Shown in pieces: positions 21,722-30,772 of a stretch of DNA of 64,000 nt. The stretch covers positions 27,321 through 91,320 of the forward strand of contig QCOV01000001.1 of NCBI GenBank assembly GCA_003212795.1, written 5' to 3'. The translations under genes were made by a program, and so were the position numbers. How positions within the stretch are numbered: position 1 is the first letter of the stretch; each line of letters begins with the position of its first letter. The notes under the pieces are model-generated. The model worked only from the letters and a program-made list of their open reading frames with translations. It made no database searches and was not told the DNA's origin. This DNA is from OCS116 cluster bacterium AG-435-F03 (lineage in GTDB: Bacteria > Pseudomonadota > Alphaproteobacteria > MED-G09).

Positions 21722-21723
21722 AT

Positions 21724-21987
21724 TTAGTCTTCACTCGCTTCAAATTTTTTATCCAATCTATTCATTAAGAAACAATAAATAACTATTAATAAGACAAAAA
21801 TAATTATAGAGCCTTGCTGTGCAAACCAGAAACCAAGCTCAAATCCACCAATTTTTATTTTATCTAAAAAATCAGAAAAAATAATTCCTGCACCAAAAGA
21901 TGAGATAAACCAAATAGAAAGTAATATTGAAACAATTTTAAGATTAGCCTTCCAGTAAGAATATTTATTAATTTTTTCATTATTCAT
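21724..21987 (-). CDS. DUF4212 small accessory subunit of ActP
   Basis: 'YWKANL', 'LGFWFAQQGSI'; directly upstream of actP. Confidence 0.88.
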   Translation of the reverse strand: MNNEKINKYSYWKANLKIVSILLSIWFISSFGAGIIFSDFLDKIKIGGFELGFWFAQQGSIIIFVLLIVIYCFLMNRLDKKFEASED

Positions 21988-21993
21988 TTTTAA

Positions 21994-23436
21994 TTACGAC
22001 ATCACATAAGGTATTAAGAAAACAGAAATTAATGAAATTATGATAATACCAATAATATTTAATGCAACACCACTAATCATCATAGATCTTATGCTTATAA
22101 AACCAGAACCATAAACTATAAGATTTGGCGGAGTTGCAACTGGAAGCATAAAAGCACAACTTGCTGCTAAAGTTATTGATGCACCGAACATTATTGGGTC
22201 TTCGCCTAGGCCAATTGCTAAAGCAGCAATAACAGGCAAGAAAACACTTGTTGTAGCAATATTTGATGTTAATTCAGTAAGAAAAACAATTAATGTTACG
22301 GCGGCAAATATTAAAGCTATAAGCCCCAATACGCCAAATGGCTCTAAACCATTTCCTAGCCATGCAGCTAATCCAGTTGAAGCGACAGCATTTGCAAGGC
22401 TTAAACCTCCACCAAAAAGAATTAGAAGATTCCAAGGAACTTTCTGAGCATTTTCCCAATCCATTAATTTACCATCTTTACTGCCATCTGAAACAAGGAA
22501 CAGCGTGATTGCTGAAATCATTGCTATAACATGATCAGTTAAATTATTAAGGAAGGGGATTAATTGAATTAAATCCCTAAACATCCACGATAGCGCAGTT
22601 AAAGAAAAAATAATTGCAACTCTTTTTTCAGGAATTGTCATGGGGCCTAATTTCTTATATTGGTTTTGAAGATGAATAGCTGTATCACCACCTTTTAAAA
22701 AATCAGTTGAATAAACAATTTTTGATAAAGTGATCCATGAAAGCGGGAGTAAAAAAAGTACAACTGGTAACCCAATTGTCATCCATGTTCTAAAACTAAT
22801 CTCTACACCATAATTGGTTTCAATAAAGCTGGCAAAAATTGCATTAGGCGCAGTACCCACTAATGTTGCCATACCACCAATACTCGCTGCATGAGCAATA
22901 CCTAAAAGGAGAGCTTTTGCAAAATCAGAATTTCCATCTGTAATTTGATTTTGCTCATTAATTATATGAGCGACGGAAATACCTATCGGAAGTAACATTA
23001 ATGTTGTTGAGGTATTCATCATCCACATGGATAAAAAAGCACTTACAAACATAAAGCCAGCTATTAAACTTGGACCACTTTTGCCTGCAAAACGTAAAAT
23101 ATTTAGTGCTATACGCTCATGTAGATTGGATTTTTGGATACTTAAGGCAAGAATAAAACCACCCAGAAATAAGAAAATATTTTTGTTTGCATATGGAATT
23201 GCTGTATCGGCAAATGTAGAAACACCAAGTAATGGAAAAAAAACTAGTGGAAATAATGCTGTTACAAATAATGGAATAGCTTCGGAAGCCCATAATACGG
23301 CAATTAAAACACCGACAGCTGCAACATACCATGCTTCAGAGCTTAATCCATCAGGTTTGGGTGATAGAATAATAACTAAAAATAAAGTTAAACCTATAAA
23401 AAGACCGGTGTTTATATTAGGAAAAATTTTTTTCAT
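21994..23436 (-). CDS. SLC13/DASS sodium:dicarboxylate symporter
   Basis: SMWMMNT, GTAPN, TELTSN, FMLPVATPPN. Confidence 0.9.
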   Translation of the reverse strand: MKKIFPNINTGLFIGLTLFLVIILSPKPDGLSSEAWYVAAVGVLIAVLWASEAIPLFVTALFPLVFFPLLGVSTFADTAIPYANKNIFLFLGGFILALSIQKSNLHERIALNILRFAGKSGPSLIAGFMFVSAFLSMWMMNTSTTLMLLPIGISVAHIINEQNQITDGNSDFAKALLLGIAHAASIGGMATLVGTAPNAIFASFIETNYGVEISFRTWMTIGLPVVLFLLPLSWITLSKIVYSTDFLKGGDTAIHLQNQYKKLGPMTIPEKRVAIIFSLTALSWMFRDLIQLIPFLNNLTDHVIAMISAITLFLVSDGSKDGKLMDWENAQKVPWNLLILFGGGLSLANAVASTGLAAWLGNGLEPFGVLGLIALIFAAVTLIVFLTELTSNIATTSVFLPVIAALAIGLGEDPIMFGASITLAASCAFMLPVATPPNLIVYGSGFISIRSMMISGVALNIIGIIIISLISVFLIPYVMS

Positions 23437-23553
23437 ATTTGTAACTATTAATAGAGTAATTTATGCATAAAAATTTAAATATAAAAGGATAGAATTTAAA
23501 TTATATTTATGATTAAGTTCAATTTAAATTTATATTTGTAAAAGGGGATATTT

Positions 23554-24585
23554 ATGGGAAATCAAATAATAAATAGAATGCTAAAGCTTAAATCCAGACC
23601 AATGATGAACGATGTTTCATCTGAAAACTTTGAACTTGTTGAAGAGAAGGTTAGAGACATTGAAGAGGGGGAAATCTTAGTAAAAAATCTCTATCTATCG
23701 TTTGATCCTACTCAAAGAGGTTGGTTGAACGATGTTCCATCGTATATACCACCTGTTCAAATTGGTGAGGTAATGAGAGCAGGCTCTGTTGGAAAAGTTA
23801 TTGAGTCCAAAAATCAAAATTTTTCTGAAGATGATATTGTCCAAGGCTCTTTTGGCTGGCAAGAATATGCCATTTCTGGTGAAGGATCAGGTTTCATGCC
23901 TCCACAAAAACTTCCTGAAGGTATTTCTCCTACATCTGCTTTAAGTATTTATGGAATAACAGGTTTAACAGCTTATTTTGGTATGCTTGATATAGGTAAA
24001 CCTGAACAAAATGATACTGTTCTTGTATCAGGTGCAGCAGGAGCAACAGGCTCAGTAGCTGGACAAATAGCAAAAATTAAAGGAGCAACAAATATAATAG
24101 GAATTGCCGGAGGCCCTGAAAAATGCAAATGGGTTGTTGAAGAGGCTGGTTTTGATAGTTGTATAGATTATAAAAATGAAGATGTGGCCAAAAAAGTTAC
24201 CGAATTAGCTCCAAATGGCCTAAATATTTACTTTGATAATGTTGGTGGCTCTATATTAGAAACAGCACTTGGTAATATTGCTCAAAAAGCAAGAGTCGTT
24301 ATGTGCGGTGGAATTTCTTCAGGCTATACTATGGAAAGATTAGCGCCAGGCCCTTCCACAATTTTTAATCTGATTATTCAAAGGGCAAAAATGGAAGGCT
24401 TTATCGTTATTGATTACGCTGAACAATTTCCACATGCAGTTATGGAGTTAGCAGGTTGGGTTGCTGAAGGGAAAATTAATTATAAAGAAGATATCGCAGA
24501 AGGACTCGAAAATTGTCCAGATACTTTAGCTAATTTGTTTAAAGGTAAGAATTTTGGAAAACAACTTCTTAAGTTGTCAGATTAA
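23554..24585 (+). CDS. NADP-dependent alkenal/prostaglandin reductase (CurA/YncB-like MDR)
   Basis: YLSFDP, GLTAYFG, SGAAGATG, YFDNVGG, GKNFGKQ. Confidence 0.9.
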   Translation: MGNQIINRMLKLKSRPMMNDVSSENFELVEEKVRDIEEGEILVKNLYLSFDPTQRGWLNDVPSYIPPVQIGEVMRAGSVGKVIESKNQNFSEDDIVQGSFGWQEYAISGEGSGFMPPQKLPEGISPTSALSIYGITGLTAYFGMLDIGKPEQNDTVLVSGAAGATGSVAGQIAKIKGATNIIGIAGGPEKCKWVVEEAGFDSCIDYKNEDVAKKVTELAPNGLNIYFDNVGGSILETALGNIAQKARVVMCGGISSGYTMERLAPGPSTIFNLIIQRAKMEGFIVIDYAEQFPHAVMELAGWVAEGKINYKEDIAEGLENCPDTLANLFKGKNFGKQLLKLSD

Positions 24586-24589
24586 ATTA

Positions 24590-25525
24590 TTAAGATAAAT
24601 TCCCAAATTTTTCTATAGTTGCATAGAATTCATTTATTGTTTCGTTAATAATGTTTTTCACTGGCTTTTCTTTTTCTATTCGCCCAGCTACTTGACCCGT
24701 TAGAGCAATTGAAGCTTCCATATCTCCACCAAAATAAAGGTCTAGAGCCGTACCAAATTCTTGCATAGCATTAACATCATCATTCTTTTCAAGTTTGTTT
24801 GTTTTATCTGTTCTTAAAGCTCTTAATGCAGGACTTGAAAATCTATTTAACAGAACAGTAGACTGATCATCTGCAGACATTATTGCATTTTTCCAATTTT
24901 CATGAACGGGAGATTCTTTTGAAGAGACCATTCTTGTGCCCATTTGTATTCCTTGTGCCCCTAATGAAAATGCGGCAGCCATAGTCTTGCCGTCAATAAA
25001 ACCTCCAGCGGCAATAACAGGAACATTAACTTTTGAACAAACTAAAGGAAGAAGAACCATTGAAGCAACGCCATTAGGACTTTTAAAGCCTCCACCTTCA
25101 AAACCCTCAACGACAAGTCCATCCACACCTGCCTCAATAGCCTTTAAAGCTGCAGAAAGTGAAGGCACAACATGAAAAACAGTTAAGCCAGCTTCTTTTA
25201 ATTCACTGCAATATTTATTTGGATCACCAGCAGATGTTGTCACGAATTTAACACCTTGATCTATAATAAAATTGACTATGTCTGGATCTCTTACAAATGC
25301 TTGAGCAATATTTACACCAAATGGCTTATTTGTTTTCTCGCGCATAAGTTTAATTTCTTCCCTTATAACATCTAATTCTCCAGAAGAGGTTTCTATTATT
25401 CCTAAACCTCCTGCTTCTGAAACAGCCGAGGCTAACTGTGAACGAGCAATCCAACCCATCGGTGCTTGAATAATTGGATAATCAATATTCAAAATTTCAG
25501 TTAAATTATTTTTTATTGGTTTCAT
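24590..25525 (-). CDS. Nitronate monooxygenase/FabK-like flavoprotein
   Basis: PIIQAPMG, KPFGVN, PVIAAGG, GIQMGTR, GQVAG. Confidence 0.85.
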   Translation of the reverse strand: MKPIKNNLTEILNIDYPIIQAPMGWIARSQLASAVSEAGGLGIIETSSGELDVIREEIKLMREKTNKPFGVNIAQAFVRDPDIVNFIIDQGVKFVTTSAGDPNKYCSELKEAGLTVFHVVPSLSAALKAIEAGVDGLVVEGFEGGGFKSPNGVASMVLLPLVCSKVNVPVIAAGGFIDGKTMAAAFSLGAQGIQMGTRMVSSKESPVHENWKNAIMSADDQSTVLLNRFSSPALRALRTDKTNKLEKNDDVNAMQEFGTALDLYFGGDMEASIALTGQVAGRIEKEKPVKNIINETINEFYATIEKFGNLS

Positions 25526-25594
25526 TATAAATTATGTAAGTTAAGTAAAATTTAATTTTTGACATAAATTCTGTCAATATTTTATAATTTTAAC

Positions 25595-26935
25595 ATGCTA
25601 ACAAATATAAGTAATTATCTTCAAAACAAATTTTTATCTAGAGCACGAAATAAGCTAATGATGAATTGGTCTAACGAAGATTTATTAAATCGCGAAAGAC
25701 AAAAAAGAGAAAAGATAAGAGTTTCTGAAAATAGATCACATAAGGTGTTTTATTATCATCAGGTTGATGATCCTTATTCTATTTTAGTTCTTCCAGTATT
25801 GGAAAAGCTTAAAAGTTGCTATCAAGTTGATTTAGAATGTATCTTAGTTGGTAGTCCTCCAGGACAAACTGTTCCTGAGCCAAGCATGTACAAAATTCAT
25901 TGCCTAAATGATGTAAGGAATATTGCTCCCTGGTATGGGCAAGATAAAAAAATTTTAAATTTCCCCTTAAAAAATGAAATAGATTTAGCCAATAAAATTC
26001 TTTCAAATTGCGAACAAGCTAATTTTATTCAGATAGCCTTAGATCTAATGGATAGTTTATGGCTTGAGGAAACTAAAAGCCTTGAAACAATTTATAAAGA
26101 TTACTTTAATTCAATAAATGAAATAAACTCTAAAATAGAAATAGGAAATAAATTTAGAAAAGGAAATGGATACTATAGCAGTTCATCATTTTATTATGAG
26201 GGCGAGAGCTATTGGGGAGTTGATAGATTAAATCATCTTGAAAATAGATTAATAGATTTAGGTCTTAAGAAGACAGATACAGATGAATACATTATTAATA
26301 GAAAATCTAATAAAAATTACACTTCAAATCAGACTAATAAATTAAATTTAACTATATATCCTTCATTAAACAGCCCATATACATTTATATGTTTTCCTAG
26401 GGTAAGGAATATAATAGAGAAATATCCTGTAAACATAATAACTAAACCAGTACTTCCTATGCTTATGCGAGGTATGCATATACCTAGATATAAAGGAAAA
26501 TATATTTTGAGTGATGCAGCCAGAGAAGGCAGAATTAATAATATTTATATTAATAAAATTTACTCACCTTTAGGTAAACCAGCAGAATTAGCTTATTCAC
26601 TATTTCCAATAATTAATGCTCATAATAAAGGCTTTTCATACATTGAGAAATTAACAATCGCTTCTTTTCATAATGGCATAAATATCGGAAATAAAGCATT
26701 TCTAAAAAAAATAGTCAGAGAGTTAGACCTTTCATGGGATGAAATTAAGAACGATCTTGGTAAAAGAAAATGGAAGAAAGTTTTAGATGAAAATTTAAAT
26801 GAAATGTATGAAGGGAATTGCTGGGGCGTTCCCTCTTTTAGAATTAGTGATGAAAATTATGAAAATCCGTTTTATCAATGGGGACAAGATAGACTCTGGT
26901 TAATTGAAGAAGAAATCAAAAAAAGATTAGATTAA
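25595..26935 (+). CDS. Tandem two-domain DsbA/HCCA-isomerase (kappa GST-like) protein
   Basis: Repeat motifs DDPYS...YWGVDRL and NSPYT...WGVPSF...WGQDRL. Confidence 0.75.
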   Translation: MLTNISNYLQNKFLSRARNKLMMNWSNEDLLNRERQKREKIRVSENRSHKVFYYHQVDDPYSILVLPVLEKLKSCYQVDLECILVGSPPGQTVPEPSMYKIHCLNDVRNIAPWYGQDKKILNFPLKNEIDLANKILSNCEQANFIQIALDLMDSLWLEETKSLETIYKDYFNSINEINSKIEIGNKFRKGNGYYSSSSFYYEGESYWGVDRLNHLENRLIDLGLKKTDTDEYIINRKSNKNYTSNQTNKLNLTIYPSLNSPYTFICFPRVRNIIEKYPVNIITKPVLPMLMRGMHIPRYKGKYILSDAAREGRINNIYINKIYSPLGKPAELAYSLFPIINAHNKGFSYIEKLTIASFHNGINIGNKAFLKKIVRELDLSWDEIKNDLGKRKWKKVLDENLNEMYEGNCWGVPSFRISDENYENPFYQWGQDRLWLIEEEIKKRLD

Positions 26936-27948
26936 CCTCCTGTTACAGACATATGTCTTTCTATTTTAGTATTTTTCATTCTTGGTTTGATTGAGAATTC
27001 ATGTTTTTCCGGTTTTATTCTCATAGCAAGATTTATAGCAGCATCTAATTTACTGTAATCTTTAGATCTTAATATTGATTTAAAATCAATTTTATCATTT
27101 TGTCCTAAACACATATATAACATACCTGTGCAAGTAACCCTTATTCTGTTGCAAGAACTACAAAAATTATTTGAAAGAGGTGTAATAAAACCGATATTTT
27201 TTCCTGTTTCTTTAACCTTATAATAATCTGAAGGACCAGATGTCGTATAAGATGATTTCTTTAGAGTAAACTTTTTTTCAATATTTTTTCTCATTTTATT
27301 AATAGAAAAAAATTGATCATAACGGTCGTTATCAATATCTCCTAAAGGCATAGTTTCAATTAAACTAATATCCATTCCATTTTTATGTGACCAATAAATT
27401 AATTCAGGAATTTCATGTATATTGCTGTCTTTAAGAACAACCGTATTTATCTTTAATTTAAAATTATACTTCTTAGCCTCATCAATACCTCTTAAAACTT
27501 TTTTTAAGTTTTTTCTTCTAGTAATTTTTTCGAAGGTTTCCTCATTTAGTGTATCAAGAGATATATTTATTCTATCAATTCCAGAGTTTTTTAGCTCCTT
27601 ACTATAATCTTCTAAAAGAGTACCGTTAGTTGTAAGAGTAATCTCATCAAGCATATTCATATTTTTGAAACTTTTAAGATTATTAATAAATTCTAATATG
27701 CCTTTTCTTACGAGAGGCTCACCGCCTGTAATTCTTATCTTTTTAATGCCCCTTGCGATAAAATGCTCACACAATTCATACATTTCATCAAATGATAAAA
27801 TATCCTTTTTACTCATAAATTTCATTTTTTCAGGCATACAATATGTGCATCTTAGATTACATCTATCGGTAACTGATATTCTTAGGTAATCAATTTTTCT
27901 ACCATAATTATCTATTAAAATATTATCTCTGCTAGGAATTCTTAACAT
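26932..27948 (-). CDS. moaA: GTP 3',8-cyclase MoaA
   Basis: LRISVTDRCNLRCTYCM, FCSSCNR, C-terminal GG. Confidence 0.96.
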   Translation of the reverse strand: MLRIPSRDNILIDNYGRKIDYLRISVTDRCNLRCTYCMPEKMKFMSKKDILSFDEMYELCEHFIARGIKKIRITGGEPLVRKGILEFINNLKSFKNMNMLDEITLTTNGTLLEDYSKELKNSGIDRINISLDTLNEETFEKITRRKNLKKVLRGIDEAKKYNFKLKINTVVLKDSNIHEIPELIYWSHKNGMDISLIETMPLGDIDNDRYDQFFSINKMRKNIEKKFTLKKSSYTTSGPSDYYKVKETGKNIGFITPLSNNFCSSCNRIRVTCTGMLYMCLGQNDKIDFKSILRSKDYSKLDAAINLAMRIKPEKHEFSIKPRMKNTKIERHMSVTGG

Positions 27949-28028
27949 AAATAATGTTATAATATAAAAAGATACTAATGTAGGATAAAATTTAAAAAAT
28001 ACAGATTTCTGTAGTTATATTGACTATA

Positions 28029-28044
28029 TGCAATATTCATGCCA
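28029..28044 (-). promoter_or_regulatory. sigma54 -24/-12 element on the strand opposite rpoN
   Basis: Minus strand TGGCATGAATATTGCA matches TGGCAC/TG-N4-TTGCW. Confidence 0.7.
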
Positions 28045-28066
28045 TTTGTAAGAAATAAGGTAAATC

Positions 28067-29488
28067 ATGGCAAAAATTTCTTTAGTTCAAAATATCAAAC
28101 AAAGTCAAAAAATGACTTTGACTCCTCAATTGCTTAAAGCAATTAAACTTTTAGAGTTAAATAATATTGATCTTGATAATTATCTCCAGCAAGAGATTCT
28201 TGACAACCCACTTTTAGAAAAAGAAGCTGATGATCAGAGCTTAAAAGACAACATAAATGATAATGATAAAAATTTATCTTCTCAGGATAAATCAGAGAGT
28301 TCATTCTCGCATAATACGGATTCTGAAGGAAGCCCATCGTTTGACACAGCTAATCTTTATGAATCATCATCAACATCAATAGATAATATTATTGAGGAAA
28401 CAATAGAATCTAAAAATAGTTTATATCAGATAATTACTGATCAAATAAATATATCTTTTCAAAATAAGATTGATAGATTGATTGCTTTATCAATACTTGA
28501 ATTCATTGAACCTAATGGATATTTGAAAGTGTCTACAAAAGAGCTTTCAATCGACTTAAATATTGATTTATTGCGCATTGAAAAAATTCTTAAGGTTTTG
28601 AAGTCATTTGAACCATTAGGTATTTTTTCAAATGATCTTGAAGAATTTTTAACTCTACAATTAAAGTCACAAGATTTATTAGATAATAATTTAAAACTTC
28701 TATTAAAAAACTTACCGATTCTTGCTAACGAGAACATTTTTTCAATATCAAAGAAGCTTAAAATTGATAAAGAAAAATTAAAAGATAGTTTAGATATGTT
28801 AAAAAGATGTAGTGCTGCCCCAATTGACACAGATGGTGATTTAATTTCGAACATTAATTCTCCCGATATTATTGTAGAAAAAGATAAGAATGAGTGGATT
28901 GTGTCTCTTAATGAAGAAACTTTACCTAAAGTAATCGTATTGACTGGGTATTGGGAAGAGTTATCAAGAAAAAAACTATCAAAAGAAGATAAAAAGTATT
29001 TGTCTGCAAATTTTCTAGCTGGCAAAGGATTAGTCAAAGCTCTAGAACAAAGAGCTTCAACAATCTTAAAGGTTGCAAAAGAAATTATTAAGAAGCAAGA
29101 AAAGTTTCTTGATCAAGGTGTTATGGGTTTGAGGCCTTTAAAATTAAAGGATATTGCAGAGGAACTCGATATCCATGAGAGTACAGTATCAAGAATAACT
29201 AATTCTAAAACTATTTATACGCCTAGAGGAACTTATGATTTGAAATTCTTTTTTTCTAAATCTCTTAGCACATTATCTAATGATGACGGATTATCTTCAA
29301 AGGTTGTAAAAGAAAAAATTATTCAACTAATTAATAATGAAGAAAAAGTACTATCAGATAATAAATTATCTAAATTACTAAAGGAAGAAGGCATTAATGT
29401 TGCTAGAAGAACTGTTACTAAATATAGAGAAGAAATGACACTTCCTCCATCTCATCAAAGGAAAAGATTGAAACAGTTAGCCGTTTAA
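28067..29488 (+). CDS. rpoN: RNA polymerase sigma-54 factor
   Basis: Gln/Leu-rich region I, HESTVSR HTH, RpoN box ARRTVTKYRE. Confidence 0.96.
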   Translation: MAKISLVQNIKQSQKMTLTPQLLKAIKLLELNNIDLDNYLQQEILDNPLLEKEADDQSLKDNINDNDKNLSSQDKSESSFSHNTDSEGSPSFDTANLYESSSTSIDNIIEETIESKNSLYQIITDQINISFQNKIDRLIALSILEFIEPNGYLKVSTKELSIDLNIDLLRIEKILKVLKSFEPLGIFSNDLEEFLTLQLKSQDLLDNNLKLLLKNLPILANENIFSISKKLKIDKEKLKDSLDMLKRCSAAPIDTDGDLISNINSPDIIVEKDKNEWIVSLNEETLPKVIVLTGYWEELSRKKLSKEDKKYLSANFLAGKGLVKALEQRASTILKVAKEIIKKQEKFLDQGVMGLRPLKLKDIAEELDIHESTVSRITNSKTIYTPRGTYDLKFFFSKSLSTLSNDDGLSSKVVKEKIIQLINNEEKVLSDNKLSKLLKEEGINVARRTVTKYREEMTLPPSHQRKRLKQLAV

Positions 29489-30690
29489 GTTCTGATAATT
29501 TTTTTATTTTCGAGTTTATCTATTTCTTTCTTATCGTAATTTAACTCTTCAAGAATTTGTCTTGTGTGTTCTCCAATTTCAGGAGCGGTTTGAGGTTTTC
29601 TTTTCTTTTCATCTTTCATAAAAATTGGACTATCTACAGTTAATAGATCTTCTTTATCAGTAAATTTAGTAAAAAATTCGTTATCAGATATTTGTTGGTC
29701 ATTAATATGATCATACGGTTCAGAGATTGACCCAAATGTTACACCGGATTTTTCAAAAAGTTCTTTAAGTTGACCCCAATCCTTTGAGAGAAATTCTTCA
29801 TCTAAAATTTTCATTAATTCCAAAGAATTTTTAGCTCGACCTTCTCTTGTATTAAAGCGTTTATCATCATTAACTTCTTCTCTTTTTAAACATCTAAGTA
29901 ATAGAGGCCATTCTCTTTCTTCATTTAACATTACTAAAATAAACCATCTGCCATCTTTGCATTTATATTTTTCTGCCAAAGCTCCTTTTGTTCCTCTTCC
30001 AGTATTTTCTACAAAATTTGCACCACATAATGCTGCTTGATTGTATATGCCATTTGACCAGAGCCCGTTAGCCATTAAAGATGACGAAACTTCTGAGCCT
30101 TCACCAGTTATCTCTCTTTTATATAGCGCCATCATTATTGCTCCAAAGAGCGCTGACGCAGTAGGGTGATCTCCCATTCCTGGTGTTGATGAACTTGGTT
30201 CTGAATTTGAGTTATTTCGAACTGCGTGCATTAGCCCTGACCTTGCCCACCAAGCTGTTGCATCATATCCTGTCTTATCCTTTTCTTCACCTTTCTCGCC
30301 ATATGGAGATAAGGATGCATATATTAGTTTTTTGTTTTCTTCTAATATATCCTCAGCGTTTATTTTTAATTTAGCCCTAATTGGAAATGGGTAATTAGTT
30401 ATAAATATATCTGCTTTTTTTATTAATTTATGGAGAATGACATGAGCTTCTTTAAATTTAAGGTCTAACGCTAAGCTTTCTTTATTTCGACTCGTTAATA
30501 TCCATGGATAGTTTTCATCGCTTTCCGGCAAGCCTGGTAAACGAAGTAAACTTCTATAGGAATCCCCAATATCTGGGGATTCAATTTTGATTACTCTAGC
30601 CCCAAAATCAGACATTATTGTGGCTGCTGCAGGACCAGCTATATAGCTAGCACAATCAATAACTGTAATTTTTTCTAATAAGTGGTCCAT
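29485..30690 (-). CDS. Family III CoA-transferase (CaiB/BaiF)
   Basis: IAGPAA..DFGARVIKIE, RNKES, GMGDH, APEIGEHT. Confidence 0.9.
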   Translation of the reverse strand: MDHLLEKITVIDCASYIAGPAAATIMSDFGARVIKIESPDIGDSYRSLLRLPGLPESDENYPWILTSRNKESLALDLKFKEAHVILHKLIKKADIFITNYPFPIRAKLKINAEDILEENKKLIYASLSPYGEKGEEKDKTGYDATAWWARSGLMHAVRNNSNSEPSSSTPGMGDHPTASALFGAIMMALYKREITGEGSEVSSSLMANGLWSNGIYNQAALCGANFVENTGRGTKGALAEKYKCKDGRWFILVMLNEEREWPLLLRCLKREEVNDDKRFNTREGRAKNSLELMKILDEEFLSKDWGQLKELFEKSGVTFGSISEPYDHINDQQISDNEFFTKFTDKEDLLTVDSPIFMKDEKKRKPQTAPEIGEHTRQILEELNYDKKEIDKLENKKIIRT

Positions 30691-30772
30691 TTTTTTTGAA
30701 TAAATGATAAATTTTTTTTACAATTTATGCAATTAAACCTTTATAAAGGCTTTTATTTGTTAAGAGAAAGAA

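Noticed and set aside
28459..29037. 192-aa antisense ORF within rpoN, and other short overlapping ORFs in the track
   Set aside because: Antisense or alternate-frame shadows of well-supported genes with no recognisable motifs
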